A stretch of 35,924 bases of DNA, from contig JBEGNB010000360.1 in the NCBI GenBank assembly GCA_041182785.1, positions 1-35,924 of the forward strand. Reading direction: 5' to 3'. The notes under the pieces are model-generated. The model was not told where the DNA came from. It made no database searches and saw only the letters and a list, made by a program, of their open reading frames with translations. The stretch is from Bacteroidota bacterium. Its GTDB lineage: Bacteria; Bacteroidota; Bacteroidia; Chitinophagales; Saprospiraceae. A program made the position numbers and the translations under genes. The stretch's first letter is position 1; each line of letters opens with the position of its first letter. Shown piece after piece: positions 24,445 through 32,217 of the stretch.

Positions 24445-26899
24445 ATAGCTGTAACAGAATGGTAGGGTCAGTTATCTTTTCGTCACTGGCCAGAAGAATG
24501 GCCTTGCTGATGATGACAGACAAAAGCGTATCTCCTTCAAATGGCAGATATATCGGCTCTTTCTCACGCCTGGCAGCCTGATCCGGAACTATACACAGAT
24601 ACTTGTCATTCGGCGACATCAGTATATTGCCGCTGCCGCAGTGTATTTTATAAAGATGCCTGGTACCCTGCACCATCAGATAGCGCCCTTCGAAACGACA
24701 CTGCGGGGCAATCTTAAGCCGGGGTATCATTTTTTTCAGGGCCTCCAGACGCACCTCTCCACTGGCCGACAACTCCTCGGCAAAAGCATAGCGATTCCAG
24801 TAATCTCTCAGTCGCTGATTACCCGAATCCTGCCAGTTGGGATCATTCCCGATACTGCATACTCCCACAAACAGATCAACATCCCGCATCAACTCGGAAA
24901 ATACAACTGGTGGTACGTCCGGCATATTCACCTGACGACCCTGATGACTGAAACGCACCTGATCGGTATATACGTACTGGTAAATGCCTGAATCAAGTGT
25001 GTCGTCCAGATCATTGGTCTCTATCCAGAATTCAATGCGGTATTCCCAGGACGGTACGTCTTTGTGCGGGGTGACAGGATTGTAAAAGTCTCCCTGTAAT
25101 TTATAGTGCCAGCCTCGCAAACCACAAAGCGCAGCAAACTGATGCTGTCTGAGTACATGGGCAGCAAATCTGTTTGAATAGGAGCTGGTACGTATCTCCG
25201 GGGGCGTAACCACGTAAACTTCCCGGTACGCCTGTTTGAATGGCTGGGTAATCTGTCGCTCTTCCAGCCAGTTGCGCCAGGCCAGCACATCGCCAGCTTC
25301 TACCAGTATCGGGTGCCATAATGTAACACGGGCATCAGATGGAAAAATATTTGCTATTACACCTTCCGGACTGTGCCAGTTACCCTCATGGAAAATTGCA
25401 TCTATTGTTTTTGTTTCGTACTCCAGTCGCCACACAAGCCGGCGACCAATAAATTTCAGTACCGGATGATTGAGCAGCCTGTCGGCCAGCTGGGCACAAG
25501 TCCAGGTTCTTTTCTCCAGCCACGCAGATTCAAGCGTTCTGGAAATTCCACCCAGCGCATCTTTTATTTCACTCTGCCGGGCTGTAAGTGCCTTGTATGC
25601 TGCGGCCTGTTCTTTTTTAACGGATACCGGAGCCGATTTAAGTGTTTTCAGACTACCCCTCTGCATCCATCTGATCAAAACACTGGCATTATTTTCAATA
25701 CTGAGCACAGCTTCGTATTCCCCGAAATCGAAAGCAGCCATACCATTCTCATCCAGCCCGAAGTCGGGTATTCCGATCTCCATTAATGCCCCCGGGGTCA
25801 GATTATCGCGCGAGGCCAATTTTTGGAGTACTTTTTCAATTGTACCCCTGATTGTTTTATTCACTGCTCTCTTCTGCTGCCGAAGGATATGTATAATACC
25901 CGAATTATCGGGCATTAACGCAAAGGCATGGATACAGGCATTTCCGGTTTTCACAGAAAGCGGACCTATACCGGGTACTTTTTTAAACGACAAGTCTGCC
26001 AGATCGGAAAGTGCCTGCCTGATACCGGGCTCATCTGAAAGGCTCAGGCCTGCATACCAGATGAACGGAGAAACCCAGGCGGGAATATCCGGTTTATACC
26101 TCCACATATTCTGCTGATTCGGCAGGTTTTTATGGTCTGACCGAAGTAATTCGCACCATTTTTCCAAAAAAAGGACAGTTTTCCTTGCCAGCCTGACCTT
26201 GTCAAGATCTCCGGTTATTTCCGTCACATCCTTATTCCACTTCGGCGAAGGGGCACTTTTATCGCTGTAATCAAGACATAATTTAAGCAGCTCCCTTACC
26301 CTGGTATTATTCACTGCCAACAACTGACCCGTAACCGGAGCAAACTCCCCGTAATACCTGTCGGTAAAGAGTTCCCTGTACAATCCGTCGGAGTTGGTGG
26401 CTGAGGGAGAATTCAGTTCATCGAGTGTTTTTTGCTGAAATGCCGTCGGGAGAGCAGCCTTCTTCTTCAGCTTGATATACAAGTGTTTCAGGGAAAGGGC
26501 AAGCAATTCCCTTTTAATGAACGCGCCCTCTTTGTTTATAAAAGTTGCGAATAAATGAGCCAGCTCAAATTGCGCATCTATATTGCGCATCATCTGAATA
26601 TGCTGAATGAAGGAGGCCCAACTGCCTTCAGTATGTCCGGGAAGCAGTGTCCGAATCAGTTCGGAGACCCATACGCCTCCGGATTCCGGATCTTCGTCGA
26701 AGGCAACAATCAGCCGAATGACTACCTCGCTGCGGGTATCAGCGGGCATTTTTATGAGTTTTTTCCACGACTCCAACTGTTCCGGATGATGTACGGTACC
26801 CGTTGACATCTTCTCCGAAATATCAGAAATCAGGCTCCCTGTGTTATCTCTGCCAGCGAACCGATCCTTTAATATCTGTAAAAAACTGTACTTAGCCAC
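24443..26899 (-). CDS. DUF4132 / MolR(YehI)-like protein, function unknown
   Basis: 818-aa ORF. The C-terminal ~330 aa carry motifs I associate with the DUF4132 family and its conserved tail: LWHPI, QPFKQAYREVY, YSNRFAAHVLRQHQFAALCGLRGW, HCGSGNILMSPNDKYLCIVP, LSVIISKAILLASDEKITDPTI. The N-terminal ~480 aa are helical-looking with no recognised domain and no WGR motif. The start is a GTG at 26899 overlapping the upstream ORF by 8 nt; the first ATG is at 26809. Family call is from memory, with no HMM run. Confidence 0.6.
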   Translation of the reverse strand: MAKYSFLQILKDRFAGRDNTGSLISDISEKMSTGTVHHPEQLESWKKLIKMPADTRSEVVIRLIVAFDEDPESGGVWVSELIRTLLPGHTEGSWASFIQHIQMMRNIDAQFELAHLFATFINKEGAFIKRELLALSLKHLYIKLKKKAALPTAFQQKTLDELNSPSATNSDGLYRELFTDRYYGEFAPVTGQLLAVNNTRVRELLKLCLDYSDKSAPSPKWNKDVTEITGDLDKVRLARKTVLFLEKWCELLRSDHKNLPNQQNMWRYKPDIPAWVSPFIWYAGLSLSDEPGIRQALSDLADLSFKKVPGIGPLSVKTGNACIHAFALMPDNSGIIHILRQQKRAVNKTIRGTIEKVLQKLASRDNLTPGALMEIGIPDFGLDENGMAAFDFGEYEAVLSIENNASVLIRWMQRGSLKTLKSAPVSVKKEQAAAYKALTARQSEIKDALGGISRTLESAWLEKRTWTCAQLADRLLNHPVLKFIGRRLVWRLEYETKTIDAIFHEGNWHSPEGVIANIFPSDARVTLWHPILVEAGDVLAWRNWLEERQITQPFKQAYREVYVVTPPEIRTSSYSNRFAAHVLRQHQFAALCGLRGWHYKLQGDFYNPVTPHKDVPSWEYRIEFWIETNDLDDTLDSGIYQYVYTDQVRFSHQGRQVNMPDVPPVVFSELMRDVDLFVGVCSIGNDPNWQDSGNQRLRDYWNRYAFAEELSASGEVRLEALKKMIPRLKIAPQCRFEGRYLMVQGTRHLYKIHCGSGNILMSPNDKYLCIVPDQAARREKEPIYLPFEGDTLLSVIISKAILLASDEKITDPTILLQL

Positions 26900-27296
26900 C
26901 CACCAGAGGAGTTGTCTTGACGAAGGTAACAGTTGTTTTATCCGTCATTCTGAGCGGCGCCTCCAAATTTTCCACCTGTATATCGTCCACCAGAACGAAA
27001 TAGGCATTCTGCTGAAAAGCCTTGAGCGCCCTGTATCCATGAGCCTCCGGATCAGGCATTTCTCCGGGTTTGCGCTTTTCCCTGACACCATTCAGCGTAC
27101 GCTCTTTCTCGTCCATCTCGAAGGCGAGTGCCATGAACCGCTGATGTTTTTCATCCTCCCTTCTTTTGATTTCCTCTTCCACACGCAGCATGATAATTTC
27201 ACGAAGCGTCATTACTTCCGAACCAACAGGGACAGATATCTCCTGAATCAGTTTACCCGTCAGGGTTTCATCCTTGAACGTGACCGAAAATGCCAT
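26892..27296 (-). CDS. small ThiS/MoaD/ubiquitin-like (beta-grasp) candidate protein with free C-terminal Gly-Gly
   Basis: 134-aa ORF with an ATG start and protein-like composition. The N-terminus FSVTFKDETLTGKLIQEISVPVGSEVMTLREIIMLRV reads strand-turn-strand-helix. A ~50-aa charged insert follows. The C-terminus YFVLVDDIQVENLEAPLRMTDKTTVTFVKTTPLVGG-stop parallels MoaD/ThiS C-termini. The antisense ORF 26841..27302 has junk-like composition (rich in R/H/F/C). The fold call is inference. Confidence 0.45.
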   Translation of the reverse strand: MAFSVTFKDETLTGKLIQEISVPVGSEVMTLREIIMLRVEEEIKRREDEKHQRFMALAFEMDEKERTLNGVREKRKPGEMPDPEAHGYRALKAFQQNAYFVLVDDIQVENLEAPLRMTDKTTVTFVKTTPLVGG

Positions 27297-27341
27297 AAAT
27301 AATTTATTTTTGGAAAGGTAGGGATTAATTTTAAAACAAAA

Positions 27342-28694
27342 TCAGTCATTAAGTAATTCCTCCAGTTTTCCGGCGCCTTTCAGGAGTTTCAATACAGAAA
27401 GCTTGTATCCGAAGGCCTGCTGCCAGTAATTGGTGACGGCCTCTGAAAGAGCAGTCTGGGCATTGAGCAAATCGGTGAGTGACGCTACCCCTTCCTTGTA
27501 CTGAAGCAAGAGTTTATCTGTTATTTCCTGTGCCAGTGCCACATTGTCGCTCTGGGTACGAAGCGCCTGCAAAGCGTTGACCAGCTGAGTACGTGCTACG
27601 CTATACTCGAGTCTTTTTCCTGCAGCGAGCTGTCTGCGGTCCTCGTCGAGTTTTTGTTCTTCGATACGAAGTCCCATCGCCTTGTTATGTACGCGAAAGC
27701 CGTCGAGCAGCGGCATTTTGAGTTTTACACCCGCAGCGGCCATACCGTACCATTCTCTGTCCGGACTGAAAAAGTTGACATCCGGCTGGAACGACTGGGC
27801 AGCGGCGGCGCCATATAAATGTACGGTAGGAAATGATTCGGCGTGAGCGGCTCTTCGCTGTATGCGGGTGAGTTCCATCTGATTGGCCAGCAACCTGTAT
27901 TCTGTGATAGTTTCCTCTTCCAGACGAATAGCCAGCCAGCGCAGAGAGTCTGCCGCAGGCTGTTCGCTGTCGTTAACCAGATCCAGTGGTTCTTCATAGG
28001 GAATTCCGCAGTAGAACTGTAATGTCTGACGAAGTCCGCCGATGGCGGCCAGCAGATTTTGACGCTGGGTTTCCAGATTGGTGCGCGCCACCCGTATGCG
28101 TTTCACATCCGTAGGAATGGCAAACCCGTTGGCCAGTTGTAACTCGGCCATACCGCGAAGTGCATCCAGCTTGTCAATGTTGGCATTCACTGCCCGCAGC
28201 AACTGCTCCGTTTGAAGTGCCTGATAATAGACCGTCGCGGTGTTGAATATCACATCCTCGCGCGAACGCACCAGCATCAGGTCACTGATACCGCGGGTGA
28301 CATCCAGTGCCGGCGACTGGCGCCGGGCGGCTTCATTCAACAGCGGATACTCAACAGTCATTATTCCAGACAGCTGAAAAGGCTGACCAAACTGAACAGG
28401 GAAGTAGGTATCCCGCCCCCTGCCGAAAGGCTCTCCGGGCAGTATCTGTGTGGGGAGCAACGGATACCAGTCAAAATTGACACCCATATTAACATCGGGT
28501 AATGCTCCGCTCCGGGCCTCCTTGACCTTTCGCTCCAGCGCCTGACGGTCCAGTTTGTTTTTTTTGATCTGGTTATTGTTTGCCAGAGCCAGCTCCAGAC
28601 TTTCATTCAGACTAAGCCGCTTGGATACCGACTGTGCAGCAGCAAACTGCACGACAATTATGGTAACAGACAGGAGGGAAATCAGACTTTTCAT
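27342..28694 (-). CDS. TolC-family outer membrane efflux protein
   Basis: The ATG at 28694 gives the signal peptide MKSLISLLSVTIIVVQFAAAQS. Two tandem coiled/beta repeats are typical of the OEP family (LSLNESLELALANNNQIK, YPLLNEAARR, TDLLNAQTALSEAVTNYWQA). Confidence 0.85.
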   Translation of the reverse strand: MKSLISLLSVTIIVVQFAAAQSVSKRLSLNESLELALANNNQIKKNKLDRQALERKVKEARSGALPDVNMGVNFDWYPLLPTQILPGEPFGRGRDTYFPVQFGQPFQLSGIMTVEYPLLNEAARRQSPALDVTRGISDLMLVRSREDVIFNTATVYYQALQTEQLLRAVNANIDKLDALRGMAELQLANGFAIPTDVKRIRVARTNLETQRQNLLAAIGGLRQTLQFYCGIPYEEPLDLVNDSEQPAADSLRWLAIRLEEETITEYRLLANQMELTRIQRRAAHAESFPTVHLYGAAAAQSFQPDVNFFSPDREWYGMAAAGVKLKMPLLDGFRVHNKAMGLRIEEQKLDEDRRQLAAGKRLEYSVARTQLVNALQALRTQSDNVALAQEITDKLLLQYKEGVASLTDLLNAQTALSEAVTNYWQQAFGYKLSVLKLLKGAGKLEELLND

Positions 28695-28781
28695 CTCGCT
28701 AAGGTACGTATATACTGTTTTCAGAATGGCGCTTCTCATTACGCGACCGACAAATTTCATAATTTGTTTTCTTCTTTCGGT

Positions 28782-28789
28782 TATTTTTG
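28782..28789 (+). promoter_or_regulatory. candidate -7 promoter box (TATTTTTG) for fabH
   Basis: tatttttg lies 54 nt upstream of the ATG at 28844. A TTTG at 28763-28766 could be a -33 element, but the spacing is shorter than the canonical one. Confidence 0.3.
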
Positions 28790-28843
28790 CTGCACCACAG
28801 AAAAATCAGCCATTAATTTAATTTCAAAACCAGATTTCAGACT

Positions 28844-29914
28844 ATGTCACGCAGTAGAATTGCCGGTATAGGTTACTACGTGCCCGAGAGGGTGGTAACC
28901 AATCAGGAATTATCCGGTATCATGGATACTTCCGACGAATGGATACAGGAAAGAACTGGTATCCGCGAACGCCGCTACGGAAAAAAACACGAGGAAACTA
29001 CCTCGACTATGGGCGCAGCAGCAGCCAGAATTGCCTGCGAACGCGCCGGTATTGATCCCGCAGAAATTGATTTCATCGTTTTCGCTACCCTGAGTCCCGA
29101 TTATTACTTCCCGGGTTGCGGGGTGCTGCTTCAGCGGGAACTGGGCATCACCAAAAGCGAGGCCGGAGCACTCGATATAAGAAATCAATGCAGCGGCTTC
29201 CTGTACGGACTGAGTATTGCCGACCAGTTTGTAAAAACCGGCATGTATAAAAATGTACTTGTTGTCGGTTCTGAAATGCATTCCATGGGACTCGATTTCA
29301 GCGACCGTGGCCGAAATGTAACAGTCATCTTCGGTGATGGAGCCGGAGCCGTCGTCGTTCAGCCATCCGATAATCCTGAGAAGGGAATCCTGACCACCAA
29401 ATTACATTCAGACGGTACCTACGCCGAGAAACTGGCTTTTATCAATCCGGGAGCTCATGGCGGATACCACCTGAACAAAATGGGGGAGGAGTTCGACTAC
29501 GGATATCCGACTGCTGATACCTACGGTGAAATTTTCATCACGGAAAAAATGTTCCGGGAGGGCCATTACTACCCGAACATGGAAGGTCAGTTCGTATTCA
29601 AACTGGCAATTCAGAAGTTCCCCGAAGTTATTCACGAAGCCCTGAAAGAAACCGGACTCCATACCTCCGATATTTCTCTGCTCGTACCACACCAGGCTAA
29701 TCTGCGTATCAGCCAGATGGTACAGCGATCGCTCGGATTGCGCGACGATCAGGTATGGAATAATATTCAGAAATATGGAAACACCACAGCGGCATCGGTA
29801 CCCATCGCTCTTTGTGAAGCCTGGGAAGCCGGCAAGGTCAAAGAAGGCGATCTCGTTTGCCTCGCCGCATTTGGAAGTGGATTCACCTGGGGCAGCGCAC
29901 TCATCCGCTGGTAA
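28844..29914 (+). CDS. fabH: beta-ketoacyl-ACP synthase III
   Basis: MSRSRIAGIGYYVPERVVTNQELS..SDEWIQERTGIRERR. The catalytic triad contexts are NQCSGFLYG (Cys), VPHQANLRI (His) and GNTTAASVP (Asn). At 356 aa it is the long Bacteroidota-type FabH. Confidence 0.9.
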   Translation: MSRSRIAGIGYYVPERVVTNQELSGIMDTSDEWIQERTGIRERRYGKKHEETTSTMGAAAARIACERAGIDPAEIDFIVFATLSPDYYFPGCGVLLQRELGITKSEAGALDIRNQCSGFLYGLSIADQFVKTGMYKNVLVVGSEMHSMGLDFSDRGRNVTVIFGDGAGAVVVQPSDNPEKGILTTKLHSDGTYAEKLAFINPGAHGGYHLNKMGEEFDYGYPTADTYGEIFITEKMFREGHYYPNMEGQFVFKLAIQKFPEVIHEALKETGLHTSDISLLVPHQANLRISQMVQRSLGLRDDQVWNNIQKYGNTTAASVPIALCEAWEAGKVKEGDLVCLAAFGSGFTWGSALIRW

Positions 29915-29941
29915 ACCTGTAACTTACTAAACCTTCTTTTC

Positions 29942-31336
29942 GTGTCAAACAAACTCAACCGCCGTACTTTCCTCCAGAATTCTGTGCTGGCAGGCGCTGC
30001 ACTGGCAGTACCCGCTGCAGCCATTGAAAAACAAACCACAGGATCACCGTTCATACTCAACGGAAAACCGAAAGATAAACTCCGTATTGGTTTTATCGGG
30101 ACGGGCCTCCGCGGACAAAGCCACGTGGAACTGGCTCTTATGCGCGCAGACTGTGAAGTCGTGGCAATCGCCGACCCGGATCCCAAAATGGTAGCAGATA
30201 CCCTGAAAATGATTGAGGAAAAGGGCCGTAAGAAACCTGCGGTTTGTGATAAAGGCCCGCACGACTATAAAAATCTGCTCGAAGACAAGTCTGTTGACGC
30301 TGTAGTCATTGCCTCCCCGTGGGAGTGGCATACCGAACAGGCTGTCGCGGCCATGCGCGCAGGCAAATATGTGGGCACAGAAGTGTGCGGGGCTTTTTCC
30401 ATTGACGAATGCTGGCAACTGGTTAATGTGCACGAGGAAACCGGAGTACCTCTCATGTTCCTCGAAAATGTATGCTACCGCCGCGACGTTATGGCCATCA
30501 TGAATATGGTACGGGAAGGTCTTTTTGGTGAACTGATCCACCTCGAGGGCGGATACCAGCACGACCTGCGCGGGGTAAAATTCAATGACGGCGCCTCACC
30601 TTACGAATCGGGCGTGGACTTTGGAGAAAAGGGTTTCAGTGAAGCCAAATGGAGGACCAAACACTCCATTCACCGCAACGGCGACCTGTACCCAACGCAC
30701 GGAGTCGGTCCGGTAGCCATGATGGCTGATATCAACAGGGGCAACAGGTTTGTTTCGCTGACGTCAACAGCCAGCAAAGCCCGCGGCTTGCACAACTACA
30801 TCGTGGATCACCCAAAAGGAGGGGCCAACCACCCCAACGCAAAAATTGAATTTAAACTGGGAGATGTGGTCACTACTGTCATCAAATGTAATAACGGCGA
30901 AACAATTCTGCTGTCGCACGATACCGGACTGCCCCGCCCGTATTCTCTCGGGTTCAGGGTTCAGGGCGAAAGAGGAATCTGGATGGACGTAAACAAGAGT
31001 ATTCACATCGAAGGAAAAACAAAAGCGCACTCCTGGGAAGAAGCCAAAACATGGCTTGAAAAATACGATCACCCGCTCTGGAAACGCTACGGAAATGATG
31101 CCAAAACAGCAGGACACGGAGGGATGGACTTCTTTGTGTTCCACCATTTCGTAGAGTCGGCCAAGCGAAACGCACAACCCGAAATTGATGTTTACGATGC
31201 CGCCACCTGGCTGGCCATCACTCCTCTGTCAGAAGCGAGTGTGGCAACAGGCAGCACGCCGCAGTCGTTCCCGGATTTCACCCGCGGACGATGGACAGAC
31301 AGAAAGCGCAACTTCGCGCTGAATGACGAATTCTAG
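29942..31336 (+). CDS. GH109-family alpha-N-acetylgalactosaminidase-like, NAD-dependent (Gfo/Idh/MocA fold), Tat-exported
   Basis: The GTG start gives the Tat signal NRRTFLQNSVLAGAALAVPAAA. There is long collinear similarity to the Elizabethkingia GH109 enzyme as I recall it (GLRGQSHVE, ADPDP, SPWEWH, ENVCYRRDVMAI, GGYQHDL, FSEAKWRT, NGDLYPTHGVGP, ASKARGLHNYIV, HPNAKIE, GHGGMDFF). Confidence 0.85.
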   Translation: MSNKLNRRTFLQNSVLAGAALAVPAAAIEKQTTGSPFILNGKPKDKLRIGFIGTGLRGQSHVELALMRADCEVVAIADPDPKMVADTLKMIEEKGRKKPAVCDKGPHDYKNLLEDKSVDAVVIASPWEWHTEQAVAAMRAGKYVGTEVCGAFSIDECWQLVNVHEETGVPLMFLENVCYRRDVMAIMNMVREGLFGELIHLEGGYQHDLRGVKFNDGASPYESGVDFGEKGFSEAKWRTKHSIHRNGDLYPTHGVGPVAMMADINRGNRFVSLTSTASKARGLHNYIVDHPKGGANHPNAKIEFKLGDVVTTVIKCNNGETILLSHDTGLPRPYSLGFRVQGERGIWMDVNKSIHIEGKTKAHSWEEAKTWLEKYDHPLWKRYGNDAKTAGHGGMDFFVFHHFVESAKRNAQPEIDVYDAATWLAITPLSEASVATGSTPQSFPDFTRGRWTDRKRNFALNDEF

Positions 31337-31851
31337 TCTTTCTTGAACCAGCCTGAATAAAACAGGTAATTGTTGGCGATGCGCTGTATCTGCCCCTGAA
31401 ACAACTCGGGAGTCAGTTCCTTCACGCGTTTGGCCGGCACCCCCGCATATACGCCGCCGGAGCGGCACACTGTATTTTCCAGAATAACAGCTCCGGCGGC
31501 GATCAGGCAATTTTCCTCTACTACAGCCTGATCCATCACAATGGCGCCCATGCCAATCAGAACATTGTCCTGAAGGGTACATCCATGAACAAGTGCCCGG
31601 TGACCAATACTCACATTGTTTCCGATGGTGGTTCCGCACTTCTGGTAGGTACCGTGAAGAATAGCGCCATCCTGAATATTTACCTTGTTGCCAATCCGGA
31701 TAAAATTCACATCGCCCCGCACAACTGCCTGAAACCATACAGAGCACTCGTTACCCATTACCACATCACCAATGATGGTGGCGTTTTCCGCCAAAAAGCA
31801 GTTTTCTCCGAACTGCGGTGTTATTTCACGACAGGGAACTATCAGCGCCAT
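31333..31851 (-). CDS. gamma-carbonic-anhydrase-like / hexapeptide-repeat (YrdA/PaaY-type) protein
   Basis: 172 aa. It has the left-handed beta-helix hexapeptide pattern (IIGDVVMGNECSVWFQAVVRGDVNFIRIGNKVNIQDGAILHG ... IGHRALVHGCTL). The C-terminal helix is typical of the family. Confidence 0.85.
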   Translation of the reverse strand: MALIVPCREITPQFGENCFLAENATIIGDVVMGNECSVWFQAVVRGDVNFIRIGNKVNIQDGAILHGTYQKCGTTIGNNVSIGHRALVHGCTLQDNVLIGMGAIVMDQAVVEENCLIAAGAVILENTVCRSGGVYAGVPAKRVKELTPELFQGQIQRIANNYLFYSGWFKKD

Positions 31852-31869
31852 AATGATTCGTTTGATTGT

Positions 31870-32217
31870 TTATTTTTTGATTAGAAAATATACGATACCC
31901 GCCAGGGTAGCCCCGACCGTATTGGCGAGCATATCGTAATACTCGAAGAAACGGTTGGGATAAAATGTACCCTGTACCCATTCCATTAGGGTCCCGTATC
32001 CAGCACAAAAAAGTACGGTCCAAAGAATTTGAGCGAATCCGGCCTTCCTCCATATTCCGAGTGTGAGCCAGCATAGTACAGCATAGGCGGCTGCGTGTGC
32101 CAGTTTGTCTGTAGTAATCAGCTTCACTTCTGGGAGAGAAACGCCTGGTCCGGTAGAAAGGATGGTGATAATAATCAGCCAGACCAGGGCGGGAATATAT
32201 TTTACTGTTCGTTCCAT
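31870..32217 (-). CDS. VanZ-family membrane protein
   Basis: The ATG at 32217 gives a 115-aa protein with four hydrophobic helices. Family hallmarks are DKLAHAAAYAVL, EWVQ...PNR..E..D and NTVGATLG. The longer track ORF (to 32325) has a non-protein-like N-terminus. Confidence 0.7.
   Translation of the reverse strand: MERTVKYIPALVWLIIITILSTGPGVSLPEVKLITTDKLAHAAAYAVLCWLTLGIWRKAGFAQILWTVLFCAGYGTLMEWVQGTFYPNRFFEYYDMLANTVGATLAGIVYFLIKK

Noticed and set aside
25470-26117. 215-aa plus-strand ORF inside the DUF4132 gene
   Set aside because: It is an antisense shadow ORF, Ser/Leu/Cys-rich, with no independent support.
26841-27302. 153-aa plus-strand ORF exactly opposite the GG-terminated small ORF
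   Set aside because: Both strands are open here, so I compared them. The plus-strand product is rich in R/H/F/C/L with no structure-like periodicity and has no promoter context. The minus-strand product has balanced composition, an ATG start, and stop/start coupling to the next gene.
27305-27312. Plus-strand TATTTTTG box in the TolC/Ubl spacer
   Set aside because: No plus-strand gene lies downstream, so it would only drive RNA antisense to TolC. It is most simply the reverse complement of the A-rich leader (CCAAAAATAAATTATTT-ATG) of the small ORF, and so a chance match.
32202-32217. 16-nt overlap between the SH3-protein gene and the VanZ gene
   Set aside because: Short same-strand overlaps are common in operons. 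The alternative VanZ start upstream gives an implausible N-terminus. Not considered unusual.
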